A stretch of 63,989 nucleotides of DNA, filler included, from Octopus bimaculoides (lineage: Eukaryota): NCBI RefSeq assembly GCF_001194135.2. It is 6 parts of 6 records of this genome, joined end to end, with 100 filler letters (N's around TTAATTAATTAA, not from the genome) between each part and the next. Parts side by side here need not be neighbours in the genome. Positions count along the whole stretch, not along the records: positions 25,003 to 45,668 come from NC_068987.1; positions 45,769 to 57,200 come from NC_069000.1; 4 more parts are not named here. The stretch is one strand, 5' to 3'. The notes beneath the pieces are model-generated. The model was not told the origin of the DNA and ran no database searches. It saw only the letters and a program-made list of their open reading frames with translations. Shown here piece after piece: positions 38,618 through 51,092 of this stretch (position 1 is the first letter of the stretch; every line of letters starts with the position of its first letter). The position numbers and the translations under genes were made by a program.

Positions 38618-38983
38618 TTTTACTTCGTCGTCGTCTCCTTCATTGGACACGAAACTCAGCTTGCGAAGACTTATTGGGGCAAGTGAAAGCAAAATCGGGA
38701 TAGCACCTGTGCCCAGTGTCGCCTTTCTAGCACTTGTGCCCATGACATGTGTAAGGATTTTCGAGCGAGATCGTTGCCAGTACCCCTGGACTGGCTCTTG
38801 TGCGGGTGGCACATAAAATACACCATTTTGAGCGTGGCCGTTGCCAGTACCGCCTGACTGGCCTTCGTGCGGGTGACACGTAAAAGCACCCACTACACCC
38901 TCTGAGTGGTTGGCGTTAGGAAGGGCATCCAGCTGTAGAAACTCTGCCAAATCAGATTGGAGCCTGGTGCAGCCATCCAGTTC
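38618..38983 (+). mobile_element. Non-autonomous (GAT)n-tailed retroelement family with the GGCGTTAGGAAGGGCATCCAGCTGTAGAAA motif
   Basis: Related segments at about 39250-39410 (-), 40750-40922 (-), 42878-43300 (-) and 44335-44575 (+). Confidence 0.75.
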
Positions 38984-39136
38984 NNNNNNNNNNNNNNNNN
39001 NNNNNNNNNNNNNNNNNNNNNNNNNNNNNNNNNNNNNNNNNNNNNNNNNNNNNNNNNNNNNNNNNNNNNNNNNNNNNNNNNNNNNNNNNNNNNNNNNNNN
39101 NNNNNNNNNNNNNNNNNNNNNNNNNNNNNNNNNNNN

Positions 39137-39175
<39 letters not shown>

Positions 39176-39652
39176 AATGTATATATTCTTTTATTTTTTT
39201 TTTTACTTGTTTCAGTCATTTGACTGTGGCCATGCTGGAGTACCACCTTTTAGTCAAAGAGGAGCTGGCATCAACCATGATCGGAGATGGCGCTTTTTAC
39301 ATGCCACCAGCACGGAAGCCCATCAAGGTGGCACTGGCATTGGCTACGTTTGGATGGTGCTTTTTATGTGCTACCAGTATGGGGCTCACAACTACAAATT
39401 CCATTTGATTTGATTTTGATATTGCTGATGTTGATGTACTTGACTCAGTAGGTCTCCTCGATGGGTTTCTTTCAGTTTCTCTCTACCAAATCCACTCACA
39501 AGGTTTTGGTCAGCACAAGGCTATAGTAGAAGACACTTCTCCAAGGTTCCACACTGTGGGACTGAACCCGGAAGCATGTGGTTGGGAAGCAAGCTTCTTA
39601 CCACACAGCCATGCATCGGGATATCTTTCGCATCGAAGGTCGGTGATTGTCA

Positions 39653-39693
39653 TATGCTGAGGACGGGTAAATACCCAGAAACTCGAGTCCGTA
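39653..39693 (+). ncRNA. Near-intact minimal hammerhead ribozyme motif with canonical core and GUC site
   Basis: TATG-CTGAGGA-CGGGT-aaat-ACCCA-GAA-ACTCGAGT-C|CGTA: 8-nt palindromic stem III and one C-A mismatch at the base of stem II. Confidence 0.65.
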
Positions 39694-40253
39694 CGTATCG
39701 CAGATCAAGATGGGAAGGATGACTTCCCTTTGCAAATACAGCCAGGACACAGATGTGTGTCAATAGCCAGCTGGAGGAGATGTTCTCCTGGGGCTAAAAG
39801 CAACAGTAACATCCACCCTTAGGGGTCAGCCACATTTAACTGGCANNNNNNNNNNNNNNNNNNNNNNNNNNNNNNNNNNNNNNNNNNNNNNNNNNNNNNN
39901 NNNNNNNNNNNNNNNNNNNNNNNNNTATATATATATATATATTTCTTCTTTTTCTTTTTCATGTTGTGTTGAAAATGGAAAAATAAACTGCTCAAAATGT
40001 TTTCTTAATTTTATCAAATGGAAACTAGTTTTGAAAAATTACGTTAACAATGCAAAAAATATTTCTATCAGAAAAAGTAAAAAAGTTGTTTTTAAAAATT
40101 TACACTTAAAATTACTTGCTGACATAGCATTCCTTATTTAATGTTCCAGTTCTTAATGTTCTGAGTTCAAATCCAACCTGGGTTAATTTTTCATTTTGTC
40201 TTTCTAGGTTTGAAACAGAATTAGTATCAGCCTTGTACACAAAGCAGTAGAAT

Positions 40254-40666
40254 GGTGAGGAATGACTGTGTGGTAAGAAGCATGCTTCCCGACCACATAG
40301 GTCCGGGTTCAGTCCCACTGCATGGCATCTTAGGCAAGTGTCTTCTACTATCGCCTCACACCAACCAAGACCTTGTGATGGAAACTGAAAGAACCCCCAT
40401 CGTGTGTGTGTGTGTGTGTGTGCGTCTTTGAATCTGTGTGTGTCTTTGAGTCTCTGTTTATCCCCCACAACTGTTTCACAAGTGCTGTTGGTGCATTTAT
40501 GTCCCTATAACTTAGTGGTTTAGCAAAATGGGACTGATTGAATAAGTAACGAGCCTAAAAGAAAAAATATAATACTGGTGTTGTGTCACTTGACTAAAAT
40601 TCTTCTTGGGGGTGATCCAGCATGGCCACAGTCTAATGACTGAAACAAGTAAAATGATAAAAGATA
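40254..40666 (+). mobile_element. SINE family A, full-length
   Basis: Colinear with the family. Confidence 0.88.
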
Positions 40667-40749
40667 ACAGGTGGTGGGGGTGTATGTGTGTGTGTGTGTG
40701 GGGGGGGCTCAAACGTGATTCTTTGTGATAATGTAGAAATGAATGTTGT

Positions 40750-40792
<43 letters not shown>

Positions 40793-40922
40793 GTTTAACA
40801 TCCGCCTTCCATGCTAGCATGGGTTGGACAATTTGACTGAGGACTGGTGAAACCGGATGGCAACACAAGGCTCCAATCTGATTTGGCAGAGTTTCTACAG
40901 CTGGATGCCCTTCCTAACGCCA
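40750..40922 (-). mobile_element. 3' part of the (GAT)n-tailed retroelement
   Basis: (CAT)n followed by the reverse complement of the family core. Confidence 0.75.
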
Positions 40923-41608
40923 AGAATTGACGTTAGGTTGTAATATTTCTTACAAAGAACCAGGTCAATGCAACCTATTGAGGCAAATGCAAAAATATTT
41001 TTTTTTAATTAACGAGATAAAAAAAAAAGAAGAAAGAAAATAAAGTTATATTGAGAAGTTAGTTTCTTTGAGAAGTGATGATCCGAATTCTTTAGAAGAT
41101 AAGAGAAATGAAGGGAAACTATTTGAAGAAGAAAACCAAAACCAGGAATATTCTTTTTAAATCAATAAGACAAAAATTTTAACATCTAGTTAACACCCAG
41201 TAACACCCAACATAAAAAAACTGTTAGTTAATAATGCTGTTTAAACTGGAAAGTTTTGTCATAACTAATGTGTGTGTTTATGTGTGTGTGTGTGTGTGTA
41301 TATGTTTGTGTGTGTGTGTGTACGCGTGGGTGAGTGGGTGTGTATAAATGCATAGATAAAAAAGAGGGAGAAAAGAGGAGGAAAATTCTATCTACAGAGA
41401 TAGTCTAATTAAGAGACAACTCCTATCACAGGACTTTAATTAAAAACTTTTCACTCTAAATATGAAGATTCTGAAGAATTCTTTCGTGGCTTCCATATGA
41501 ATGTTTGACTTCTTTCTATTTCCTATTCTGGCAGAAGACCAATTATTTTGGCAGAGCAGGAATCACCTCTAACTATTCTCCTCCAAGAAATATATTCTTA
41601 ATTAATCA

Positions 41609-42029
41609 TTTTATCTTTTATCTTTGGCTTGTTTCAGTCATTAGACTATGGCCATGCTGGAGCACCACCTTGAAGAATGTTTAGTCGAAGGAATCAACAC
41701 CCAGTGCTTATTTTTGTTTTAAGCCTGATACTTATTCTATTAGTTTCTTTTTAGTGGACCACTAAGTTACGGGGACGTAAACACACCAACACCGGTTGTC
41801 AAGAGGTGATGGTGGGGAACAAACAGACACAAAGACACACACACACGCACACACACATATATATATGATGGGCTTCTTTCAGTTTCCGTCTACCAAATCC
41901 ACTCACAAAGCTTTGGTTGGCCTGAGGCTATAGGAGATGATACTTGCCTGAGGTGCCATGCAGTGGGACTGAACTCAGAACCATGTGGTTGGGAAGCAAG
42001 CTTCTAACCACACATCCATGCCAGCACCT
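41609..42029 (-). mobile_element. SINE family A, full-length
   Basis: Reverse complement of the family. Confidence 0.88.
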
Positions 42030-42189
42030 ATGTGTATATTTTATTTTTGTTGATGTGACCCTGAAAAAATAGAAAACACGTTTGACTGTGGTAAGATTTG
42101 AACTTGCAATTTAGAATGTTTTTTTGCCTTTGTAATAATTTGGCTGTCATTGGAACCATGGGATGTCATGCAATATTTGTTCCAGTTCT

Positions 42190-42410
42190 AAGGTTGCGAG
42201 CTGGCAGAAATGTTAACATGCTTGGCGAAGTGCTTGGCCATATTTCATCTGTCTTTACGTTCTAAGTTTAAATTCCACTGAGGTCGACTTTGTTTTTCAT
42301 TCTTTTGGGGTCAATAGATTAAGTACCAGTTGCGTACTGGGGGAGATCTAATTGACTGGCCCCCTCCCCCAAAATTTTGGGTCTTGTGTCTGGAGTAGAA
42401 AAGAATATTT
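42190..42410 (+). mobile_element. SINE family B
   Basis: Colinear with 3597-3808. Confidence 0.85.
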
Positions 42411-43363
42411 GTTCCAGTTCTCTCGCTCCTAAGATGAAATCTTGCTGAAATCAACTTTAACTTCCAACCTTGTGAAATCAATAAATGAAATACCAGTCAT
42501 TTACTAGGGTTCATTTGGTGTATCTTCTTTCCCACCTCCAATCTCTCTCTCCTGATCAGCTACCTAAAATCTGCTTTTTGGGCCATTGACAGAATCTGCT
42601 AAAGCAGGGGCCAATGGGCCATGTCATGACTCTAGATGTCCCTTTTTAACAAATTAGTCAGAGAAGGTAAAGGCAACACAGATTCACTTGTATTGAGGAT
42701 TGATGTTTACAGTGGAAGTGTAAGAGGGTGTGAGGCAGAGTAGAGGCGACAGAGAAAGAGGGACAAGCATATTGTGTAGGCCTGCCTGGCTGAAGAAGTT
42801 ATGTAGGTCCCTGATTCAGGATAACATAAGCTCTTGTAGTAGAGATAATGAAAATGGAAGTTTTAGTGTTAAATAGTCATCATCATCATCATCATTTAAC
42901 ATGTTTGCCATGTTGACATGCAAGACAAAACCTTTCAACTGAGAGAATTTGAGATCCCTTGGTCTGCATTGGCAAGAATCCTCATCTTAGGTAAACATCC
43001 AATTTTGCTGCTGGCATGGATTGAACAGTTCAACCGGAACCCACATGCCAGAAGACTGTACCAAGCTCCAGCATCTGTTTTGGCATGGTTTCTACAGCTG
43101 GACGCCCTTCCTAATATGCCAATCATTGAAGAGAGTGTCCTGGGTGCTTTTTTTCAGTGGCACAAGTGAGGTCTCCAAGTAACTCACAAGACAAGACCCC
43201 ACTCAGCTGAGGCAGAGACTTTAAGTCAGGTAATGAGAGGTCTAGAGTATAATAGAGGGACAGAAACGGGGGTCAGCTTGTAGGGGAGATACATAGAGTG
43301 TTGGTAAACATGGTTACCAATCAGGTTGGTGGCCTACATTCCTTAAATACATTCCCAGGGGTA

Positions 43364-43780
43364 CAGTTCTATATCTAAGAGATGAGGAATTAGGTACATT
43401 ATTTACAATTGACGGATATTTGTCCTCGTCTTGTTTGTTGTTAACACAACATTTCAGCTGATATACCTTCCAGCCTTCATCAGGTGTCTTGGGGAAATTT
43501 CGAACCTGGGTTCTCATTCCTAAGGTATTTTTCGATGCTACCATTATCATTATTATCATTATTATTATTATTATTATTATGGTATAGTGGTTAGGAGCGC
43601 ACGCTACTAACCCCAAGATTCCGAGTTCAATTCCAGGCAGTGACCTGAATAATAACAATAATAATAATAATAATAATAATAACATCGAAAAATACCTTAG
43701 GAATGAGAACCCAGGTTCAAAATGTTGTGTTAACAACAAACAAGGACAAATATCCATCAAATGTAAATAATGTAAATAAG
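43364..43780. mobile_element. tRNA-headed, hammerhead-bearing short retroelement with Penelope-like inverted arms
   Basis: Minus-sense tail 43364-43540; (ATT)n; plus-sense tRNA-like head 43579-43650 (A box TGGTATAGTGG, B box GAGTTCAATTCC); (AAT)n; plus-sense tail 43682-43780 with internal deletion. Confidence 0.7.
43443..43488 (-). ncRNA. Second copy of the same hammerhead motif (stem III ATGT, one transition)
   Basis: GACAC-CTGATGA-A-GGCTG-gaaggtatat-CAGCT-GAA-ATGT-T|GTGTT. Confidence 0.62.
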
Positions 43781-46700
43781 TCCCAGAGGGTTATTACAAG
43801 TTTTGCAGAGAGTTAACAGTTGTGTAAATCCAAATTAGTTTTGTACAATGGAAGTATTATCATCTTTTTATATTGTTATATCTGTTATGATGTTATATAT
43901 GTGAAGACATTATCAGATATTGTAAGGTTTACCATTTATAGTAAACCATATATACTTTAGTCGTGTGTTGTAATTCAAGTATAAAGGCAATATAACACAT
44001 GACCATTTCTTTGATGTGTTTAGAGATTGTAGAAGTAAAAGTAGTTTATCTGACAGGTAGAAATAAAGATTAGCATTTTAAGCTGTCATCGTCAAAGAAA
44101 AAAAATTCCATTTGAAACTTCTTCTCACAGCAGACCAGCATAACAACTTTTTTATTTATAAATTTTGTAACCAATTCATGCCTGGCACAGATCATCAACA
44201 GCATACCAATTCCATTCAAAGACAAATTTGCCTCTCATCCTTCTGAGTTCAATAAAATAAAGCACTAGTCAATACCGGGGGTTACTATAATTAAATGTAC
44301 CCATCCACCAAATCCGATTATTAGAAATCAGTTGGTGCCACATATAAAGCGCTGGTACTGACGCCACATAAAATGCACTGATGCTGGTGGTGCTACATGG
44401 AAAACATCCATGCTGGTGCCACGTATAAAGCACTAGTGTTGATTCCACTTAAAAAGTACCCAGTCCATTTAGTAAAATAGTAGGCATTAGGAAGGGCATC
44501 CAGTTGTAGAAACCATGCCAAAACAGATCACTGGAGTCTGGTGCAGTCCACCCATCACCACCACCACCAGCTTACCAGTTTTCCATACCAGAATGGAAAA
44601 TGGATGTCAAATGATGATGGTTTATTCTCTGTCTCTTGTCGAAGTTACAATGAGACTGGACCATTTACTTACTTAGGCGCTCTTATGATGCAGTTCAAAT
44701 ACTCCAGCAGAGTCGATCAGCAGCTGCCCTCACTGGATTATTTAATTGTAGGTTTTACCAGCTGAACATTCCTATTAGTTGTCTGGAGCCAGTTCCTCGT
44801 AGGACTTACCCCCTGCCCCACTGAGGTTTCCACTTAAGGACTAGATCATTGAGTCTGTTTACTGGCCACCTTATCGCACGTCCCAACAAACTGATGATGG
44901 GCATTGAGTGTTAGTCTGCTCTTCTTCTCGCCTTCTCGTTGCAAAGCAAGTCATTCCAACTGGCACCTTCTATTTTCTGGAGGAATCTGCTGTCAAAGGA
45001 ATCCAGTTTCTTTATTCAGTTCCAAAGTTACCGTCATAACTACATGGTCCCAAGTTTTATCCTATGTGTGTGACACAGGCCTGCTAAGTCAGGTAAACCC
45101 AGGGCTAATCTAACAAAAAAGGTAAAACAAAAAAGAAACATTAGGGAGTTATTGATTTAGGACCAATACAGTCCTGCCAGCATGCAATACATCTTGGTGA
45201 ATTTTTTTTTTTTGCAGGGCTGGGGGTCAAGAGATTGCGTAAATTGAAGAGATTGAAAACAAAATCAAGACAAAGGTGTGTCTTCTACCCCCAGTGTATC
45301 ACAGGGACAAATACAGCAGAAAGTATATAAACAAAACAAACAAAAAATATGGATCTTTTTAACTTGTTTTATTTCTCTTCTTTTTTAAGGAGACCACAAC
45401 AACAGAGGAAAATTTATTTTGGGTTGTTTTTTTTTTAAAAAAAGAGATTTCTTATATAATATCTTTCCTTCCTACATAAACAAAAATAAATTGAAAATAA
45501 ATGGAAACATTATAATGTAGTTTTACTATGAACATAGAGTGATATAGTGATGACAGTCAAAAAAACAAAAAACAAACTAAAGTAATGTTATCATGTATTC
45601 AACAAGTCACTGAAGTGATTCATTGAAAATTAACAAAGATACTCATATGATATTATATATATATATATNNNNNNNNNNNNNNNNNNNNNNNNNNNNNNNN
45701 NNNNNNNNNNNNTTAATTAATTAANNNNNNNNNNNNNNNNNNNNNNNNNNNNNNNNNNNNNNNNNNNNGGAACAATATCGTTGGAAAGCGACCTACTAAC
45801 CACACAGCCACTCCTGCGCCTATATAATAATTATAATTCAGCTTTTATAAAATTCCTTGCTGCGTATTCGCAATGATGAAACGAATACTAATTTTCAAAA
45901 TATTTTCCAAAATATAAAAATTTTTTTTGCTACCTGAATGTAAAATTAAATAAAAATGTCCCATTTGTATTTATGCAGTAAATGAGACAGTACGTGTGCG
46001 TAGAAGAAAGAAATAAAGATACAGAAATAGAGAGAGAAGGGGAAAATGTAAGAAGGGAGAGACTGGAAGGGAGAAGGTGGATGCATATGTGTTCGTTTTC
46101 GAAACATAAAATCAACACTATGTGGAGTTGTTTCGAGTTTATTATATTTTCTGAATATAAACTACGAAATATCTCGAAAATGTATTTTTCACGTTCATGT
46201 GCATACTAAATTATGTACATTATAAACTTATGCATATGTAATATTCAAATATTTTAAATTATTGGTGCTACCTGCACATACACACACACATACACACACA
46301 CACACACATACAAACACACACACATACAAACACACACACAACTCACGTCTCTTGTTACACGGATGCATGCACGCATACGAGATTATCGCAATTTATCCGC
46401 CATTGCGTTCAATATATGAAATCTCCCGTAATTGCTCTGTCATTTACTGCTTCACCTCGTTCTCTGTCTCTATGAAAATTTCTCATTGACTGCCACCAAG
46501 CCTCCTATGTGTGTTCATCGTCACCTCTTGTATAAACTCACTGTAATCATTCTTTAGCTCATTCTCGTTCTTTATTTATTAAAATGGAAAATGTTTACTG
46601 GAGATATGAACCATCCAAACCACCAAAATGGCAACCAACCTATATTTATGTGGAGTGTTATATTAAGATATAATATTTAGCTTACTACTTTAAGTCAAGT

Positions 46701-46959
46701 TAACGTAGCAAGACTTGCTTTTATCATTTCTTCTGTTACTCATTTCAGCTCTTCGTTATTTGATTTTATACAACTTTAATACATACACGATCATATCATC
46801 ATCATCATCATCATCATCGTCGTCGTCGTCGTCGTCATCGTCATCGTCGTCATCGTCATCGTCGTCGTCGTTGTTTAAGAGTTGCTAGAATCACAACAAG
46901 ACATAGGGAAACCATAAACCCAATCGAAGTTAAAAGCCAGAAAAAAAAAAGAACAAAAA

Positions 46960-47838
46960 TTGTCTGACTGGCAGGAGAAGGTGTTGCATGACAGATTCCC
47001 AAAGATAGTAGTAGTGAAATATGGTTATGATTGCAGAACCCTACAAGTCAGCAATGCCCGGACACTGAACGAGGGTGTGCTGAACGGTTTCGTCACTCTG
47101 CACACACTTCGGGCAAGCCCGTCTGACAGCACATCCGTGCCTGTGGAGTTTGTGTCTGGGCATTGCTGACTCGTGGGTTACGTCGAACAGCTGCTGTCAC
47201 GTGTTGGACGGAGCAGTCAGTCGACCGAGTTTGTAGTGTTGATTGCAGTGCTGCTCTCCTTCAATCGGGCAGGTAAGGCAGTTTTCCTTTGCTTGGTAGC
47301 TGTGGCGAAAGAGGTTGTTTGGTGGACAACGACATGAGGACAGAGAGATTCGTCTTTGACTTCAAGTTTCACTTGAAAGGAAATTGAGAGTAGAGAGGGA
47401 AGAGCTGTACTCGACTGAATTAATTGAGAGGTGAGTGAAAGTTGCGAAAATAGCACGAGCGGATGGTACCTCGCTAAGTGTAGACCTGTGAGTCGGAGAG
47501 AAGGAATTGGAGACATTACTTGCTCCTGGGGTTTCAGGGAAATCTTGGACAGTGGGTTTCTTCGATCATCTCTAGAGGCTTTCTTCTATCAGGAGGGCCA
47601 CATCTTTACCATCCTCCTCGCCACATTTTATCCTTTTTCTAAACTTTTGTATGCTATGCATAAGTCCCTTCTTTCTCAGTGTATACCGTGTATGCTTACC
47701 TTCTTTCTTGCTTTCATTTTTATTTTATCATTTCATTATATGTAAAACCAACACACTTTATGTCTGTCTTTGTATTGTGCCCCTCATCATTCACCCTTGT
47801 GGCAAATAAATGAAATCATTATTATTATTATTATTATT
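46960..47838 (+). mobile_element. 3' end of an L1/Tx1-like LINE (C-terminal ORF2 remnant, 3' UTR, AATAAA, (ATT)n)
   Basis: YVEQLLSRVG...FLCLVAVAKEVVWWT.../FKFHLK/KLRVERE...ER*VKVA pattern resembles Tx1 C-termini. Confidence 0.6.
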
Positions 47839-50254
47839 GAGTGAGAGAGCAGTGCATGCCATCAAAGTCACACTGGGGTAAAATATACGAAGCCGATTAT
47901 ACCCGTCATCACTACCCGTGTGATAAGGGTACACCAGGCACACAAAATCTACAGGAACTGGATTAGTGAACTAGTTAAGCGGCAGTTGACAAGGCCAGTC
48001 ATCAACAATCAGTGGTTGATCGCCCTGAAGAGAGCGATTCGAGTAGAATCGATAGCATTTAGCAAATAGTTAGCAATAGAAAGAAATAGCTTAGAGGATG
48101 ACCTAGCAAATTAGAAGAGGAAAATAGCAAAGTCATCGTGACCGATGTGCTAGCGGCGAGAATGGCCCTTGACCAGTTTTTGCGAAGCGAAACACGAAGG
48201 TTGCGTTGTTAAAGCTAAGGCCTACGCGCTCAAACACGAAGGAACTAAAGCTGTCTGATAGACCCGGAAAATAATAAGCTGCAGTGAGTGTATAATGGAG
48301 AGATGTAGAATGCATAGAACTTTATATCGTGTATAGAAAATTCTATTGATGACGTGTATCAGGAGAAATTCATAAATGTTGAGACTAACAACTTATCGCA
48401 AACGGTTTCTTTCTCATTCTCCTAATATTCATAAAAAATCACAAGTTTTATAAACGTCAACCAATAAAAAGTGGAAATAATTTTCTAGTCGGAATTGTCA
48501 TTTTTGTCACGAAGTGTATACTTAGTTTGGAGTGAATAAACAAACAGTAAATATCGTTTAAAGTTCTCCTTCAACGCAGGGCGGAGCTATTTATATTTAT
48601 ATTTACTGAATACATATAGTTGTATTAGAGAATGTTATATGTGAAATATTTACAGATTTGGGCGAAAAATTAACGCTAATTAGAAACCAAATAATTTATG
48701 CACAAACGAGAGATTAGAGGTATTCCTATTTAAAGAAACAATCTTAAGCAATCTCCTCTTACACACATCGTGCATGAAAACCTACATACACAAAAAAGTA
48801 ATAATACTTACAATTAAAACGAACTTATTAAATTTAATTAATATATATATTACTTTATCTGTGTAATATACTGGCGTTAATTCTACTGAAATGCATTAAT
48901 CTTTAACAACTATATATTTTAAAACTGAATATGCAATCCTCGTTCGGTTTAATTAACTTCAACAAATTTAAGTAATGTTTTATTTAATTAACTTAACCAA
49001 TCACTAATAGATTTAGCTTTATTTTCTGAAAATCTCCCCGTTTTTAGATTCCGTCCTGTTCTATATGTAGTATTATATTCAAATATAGCTTTCATTATTT
49101 AAAATACATTATCTTTAATTTTTCTTTCTTCGTATATCTCAATTGTGAATCTTCGTAAAACTTTACATAATCTACCTTCTACCAATTTTTTCCTTTCATC
49201 ATCAAATTAAAAGCACTTACACTAGAACTTGGAAGCTATTCTCGCTTTGTTAATAAACTTATTCTAAATTTTATTCTTAAAATTAAGCTAATTCTCTAAC
49301 AATAGACCCGAAAATTTTAAAAAGATTAAGTTAAACCATGAAAATTGAAGTGGTAGGTTTCTTTTTTTTTTTTTTTTTTTTTTTTCTAAATAGCCTTTTA
49401 CGTCAATCGATAAAATTATTGTAGATTAGGATGTATTTTGGTTTCTGATTTAATTTTTATCTTCCTCATACTTTATTTTACTTATTTTTCAGATTTAACT
49501 CATTTCATTTTTTTACATCTTATTTAATACACAATAATAAATTTTATATGTACGTTGATAATTCTTTTTTTTTTTTTTGCTTAACCGTCTGTAAAACTCT
49601 TTTCAGAAAAATTCCTCGATTTTATCCTAAAGTTATAAATATTTAACAGAAAATCAAATCCATTAATACAACTCGCTAACTTAACTTTAATTTTATTTCT
49701 AAATTTTAATGTTTTATATTAGTTTAACCATCGTTTATTTAAAATTTAACTGTCTTAAATTTGTTTTCTCATAACGATATTTTATCTTTTACCATTCGGT
49801 TCAATGAAAATAAATAAAAAACATACTTTTGTAAAATCACAATTCAAGCTAGAAAATTCTTTTTCTACTTCCAACGATACCTTCCTTATAATATTTTACT
49901 TTCATCAACTTTAGATTGAACAGAAATTATTCCTTCGTTCTTTCAATTCGTAGTTATATGTAATCAATACTTTTTTCCCACACTCAAAACCAGAGTTTTT
50001 CTCTCTTCTCTTCTTCTCAGTAACTACTCCTCACAGTTTTGTCAGCACTCATTTCTCATTCCAGACCTCTCTCAATCACTCACTTCAAATCAACTTCAAA
50101 CACAGAAATCACAGATAAAACATTAAACATATTTTATACTACCTTCACTTATTGGATTCTAGAAGCCGTGTCTAAACAATAAATTTAGCTTTCTCAATAT
50201 TCCATAAAAGATTAAGCAATTGTTGTATAACAGGAACAACGCATTCGCTTAAAA

Positions 50255-50579
50255 TCAGTCATTCTCTCTCTCTTTCTTTCTTTCTCTCTCTCTGTCTGTC
50301 TCTCTCTCTCTCTCTCTCTCATTCTATCTATCTCTCACTCTCTCCAGCGCGCTCGCGATATATGCTTAAAACAAAATACTTCATGTATTTCTCCTCTCAT
50401 TCTCTCGCCATTTGGCCGAGTTCCGCATTTGTTACATTTCTCTCCATCTATCCCTTGAATTGGAATGTGTTTTCGTCGTCATTTACAAGCAACTCATCCG
50501 ATCGATTAATTTTTTCTTCTCTATGCAACGAAACATAACTGAAATATGTAAATAAAATTTAAATAGATACCGTATTAAG
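50255..50579 (+). promoter_or_regulatory. Candidate promoter and first exon (possibly bidirectional) for the GluN2-like gene
   Basis: (CT)n/GAGA tracts at 50255-50345, a CpG cluster CCAGCGCGCTCGCGA at about 50344-50358, and donor TAAG|GTAATA at 50579/50580. Inference only. Confidence 0.3.
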
Positions 50580-50921
50580 GTAATATTGCTTTTTATTTCA
50601 TTATTTTACTTCTGCTTTCAAAATAGAGTATCGAAAATCGAAAATGATAGATTCACGCCAAAACCTTGCTTGGAAATTATAATTTTAAAAAATATGCGCA
50701 GATATTATACATATATATATACATNNNNNNNNNNNNNNNNNNNNNNNNNNNNNNNNNNNNNNNNNNNNNNNNNNNNNNNNNNNNNNNNNNNNNNNNNNNN
50801 NNNNNNNNNNNNNNNNNNNNNNNNNNNNNNNNNNNNNNNNNNNNNNNNNNNNNNNNNNNNNNNNNNNNNNNNNNNNNNNNNNNNNNNNNNNNNNTATATA
50901 TATATATATATATATATATAT

Positions 50922-51092
50922 CAAGTTTGGAGAAGTGAAACCATCCGAAGTAGACCTCACACATGGTTCCAGCAAGATGGGGCAACTGCTCATAGCGCAA
51001 GAGAAACAATGCACCTGCTACGGCAGTTCTTTGCAGAGGGGATAAGCCCCCGCTACAGCAATGTCAACTGGCTTTCACGTTCTCCAGATTTG
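50922..51092 (+). mobile_element. Tc1/mariner-superfamily transposase fragment
   Basis: WFQQDGATAHSARETMHLL...NWLSRSPDL catalytic-domain motifs. Confidence 0.85.

Noticed and set aside
43579-43650. Functional tRNA gene (also 32721-32800)
   Set aside because: No intact acceptor stem or terminator; these are SINE heads.
34926-48031. Other CTGANGA hits (34926-34932, 35244-35250, 48025-48031; also about 17335)
   Set aside because: No GAAA in register after stem II, or no stem I.
48330-50200. Mitochondrial insertion (NUMT)
   Set aside because: AT-rich, but I found no recognisable mt rRNA, tRNA or protein motifs.
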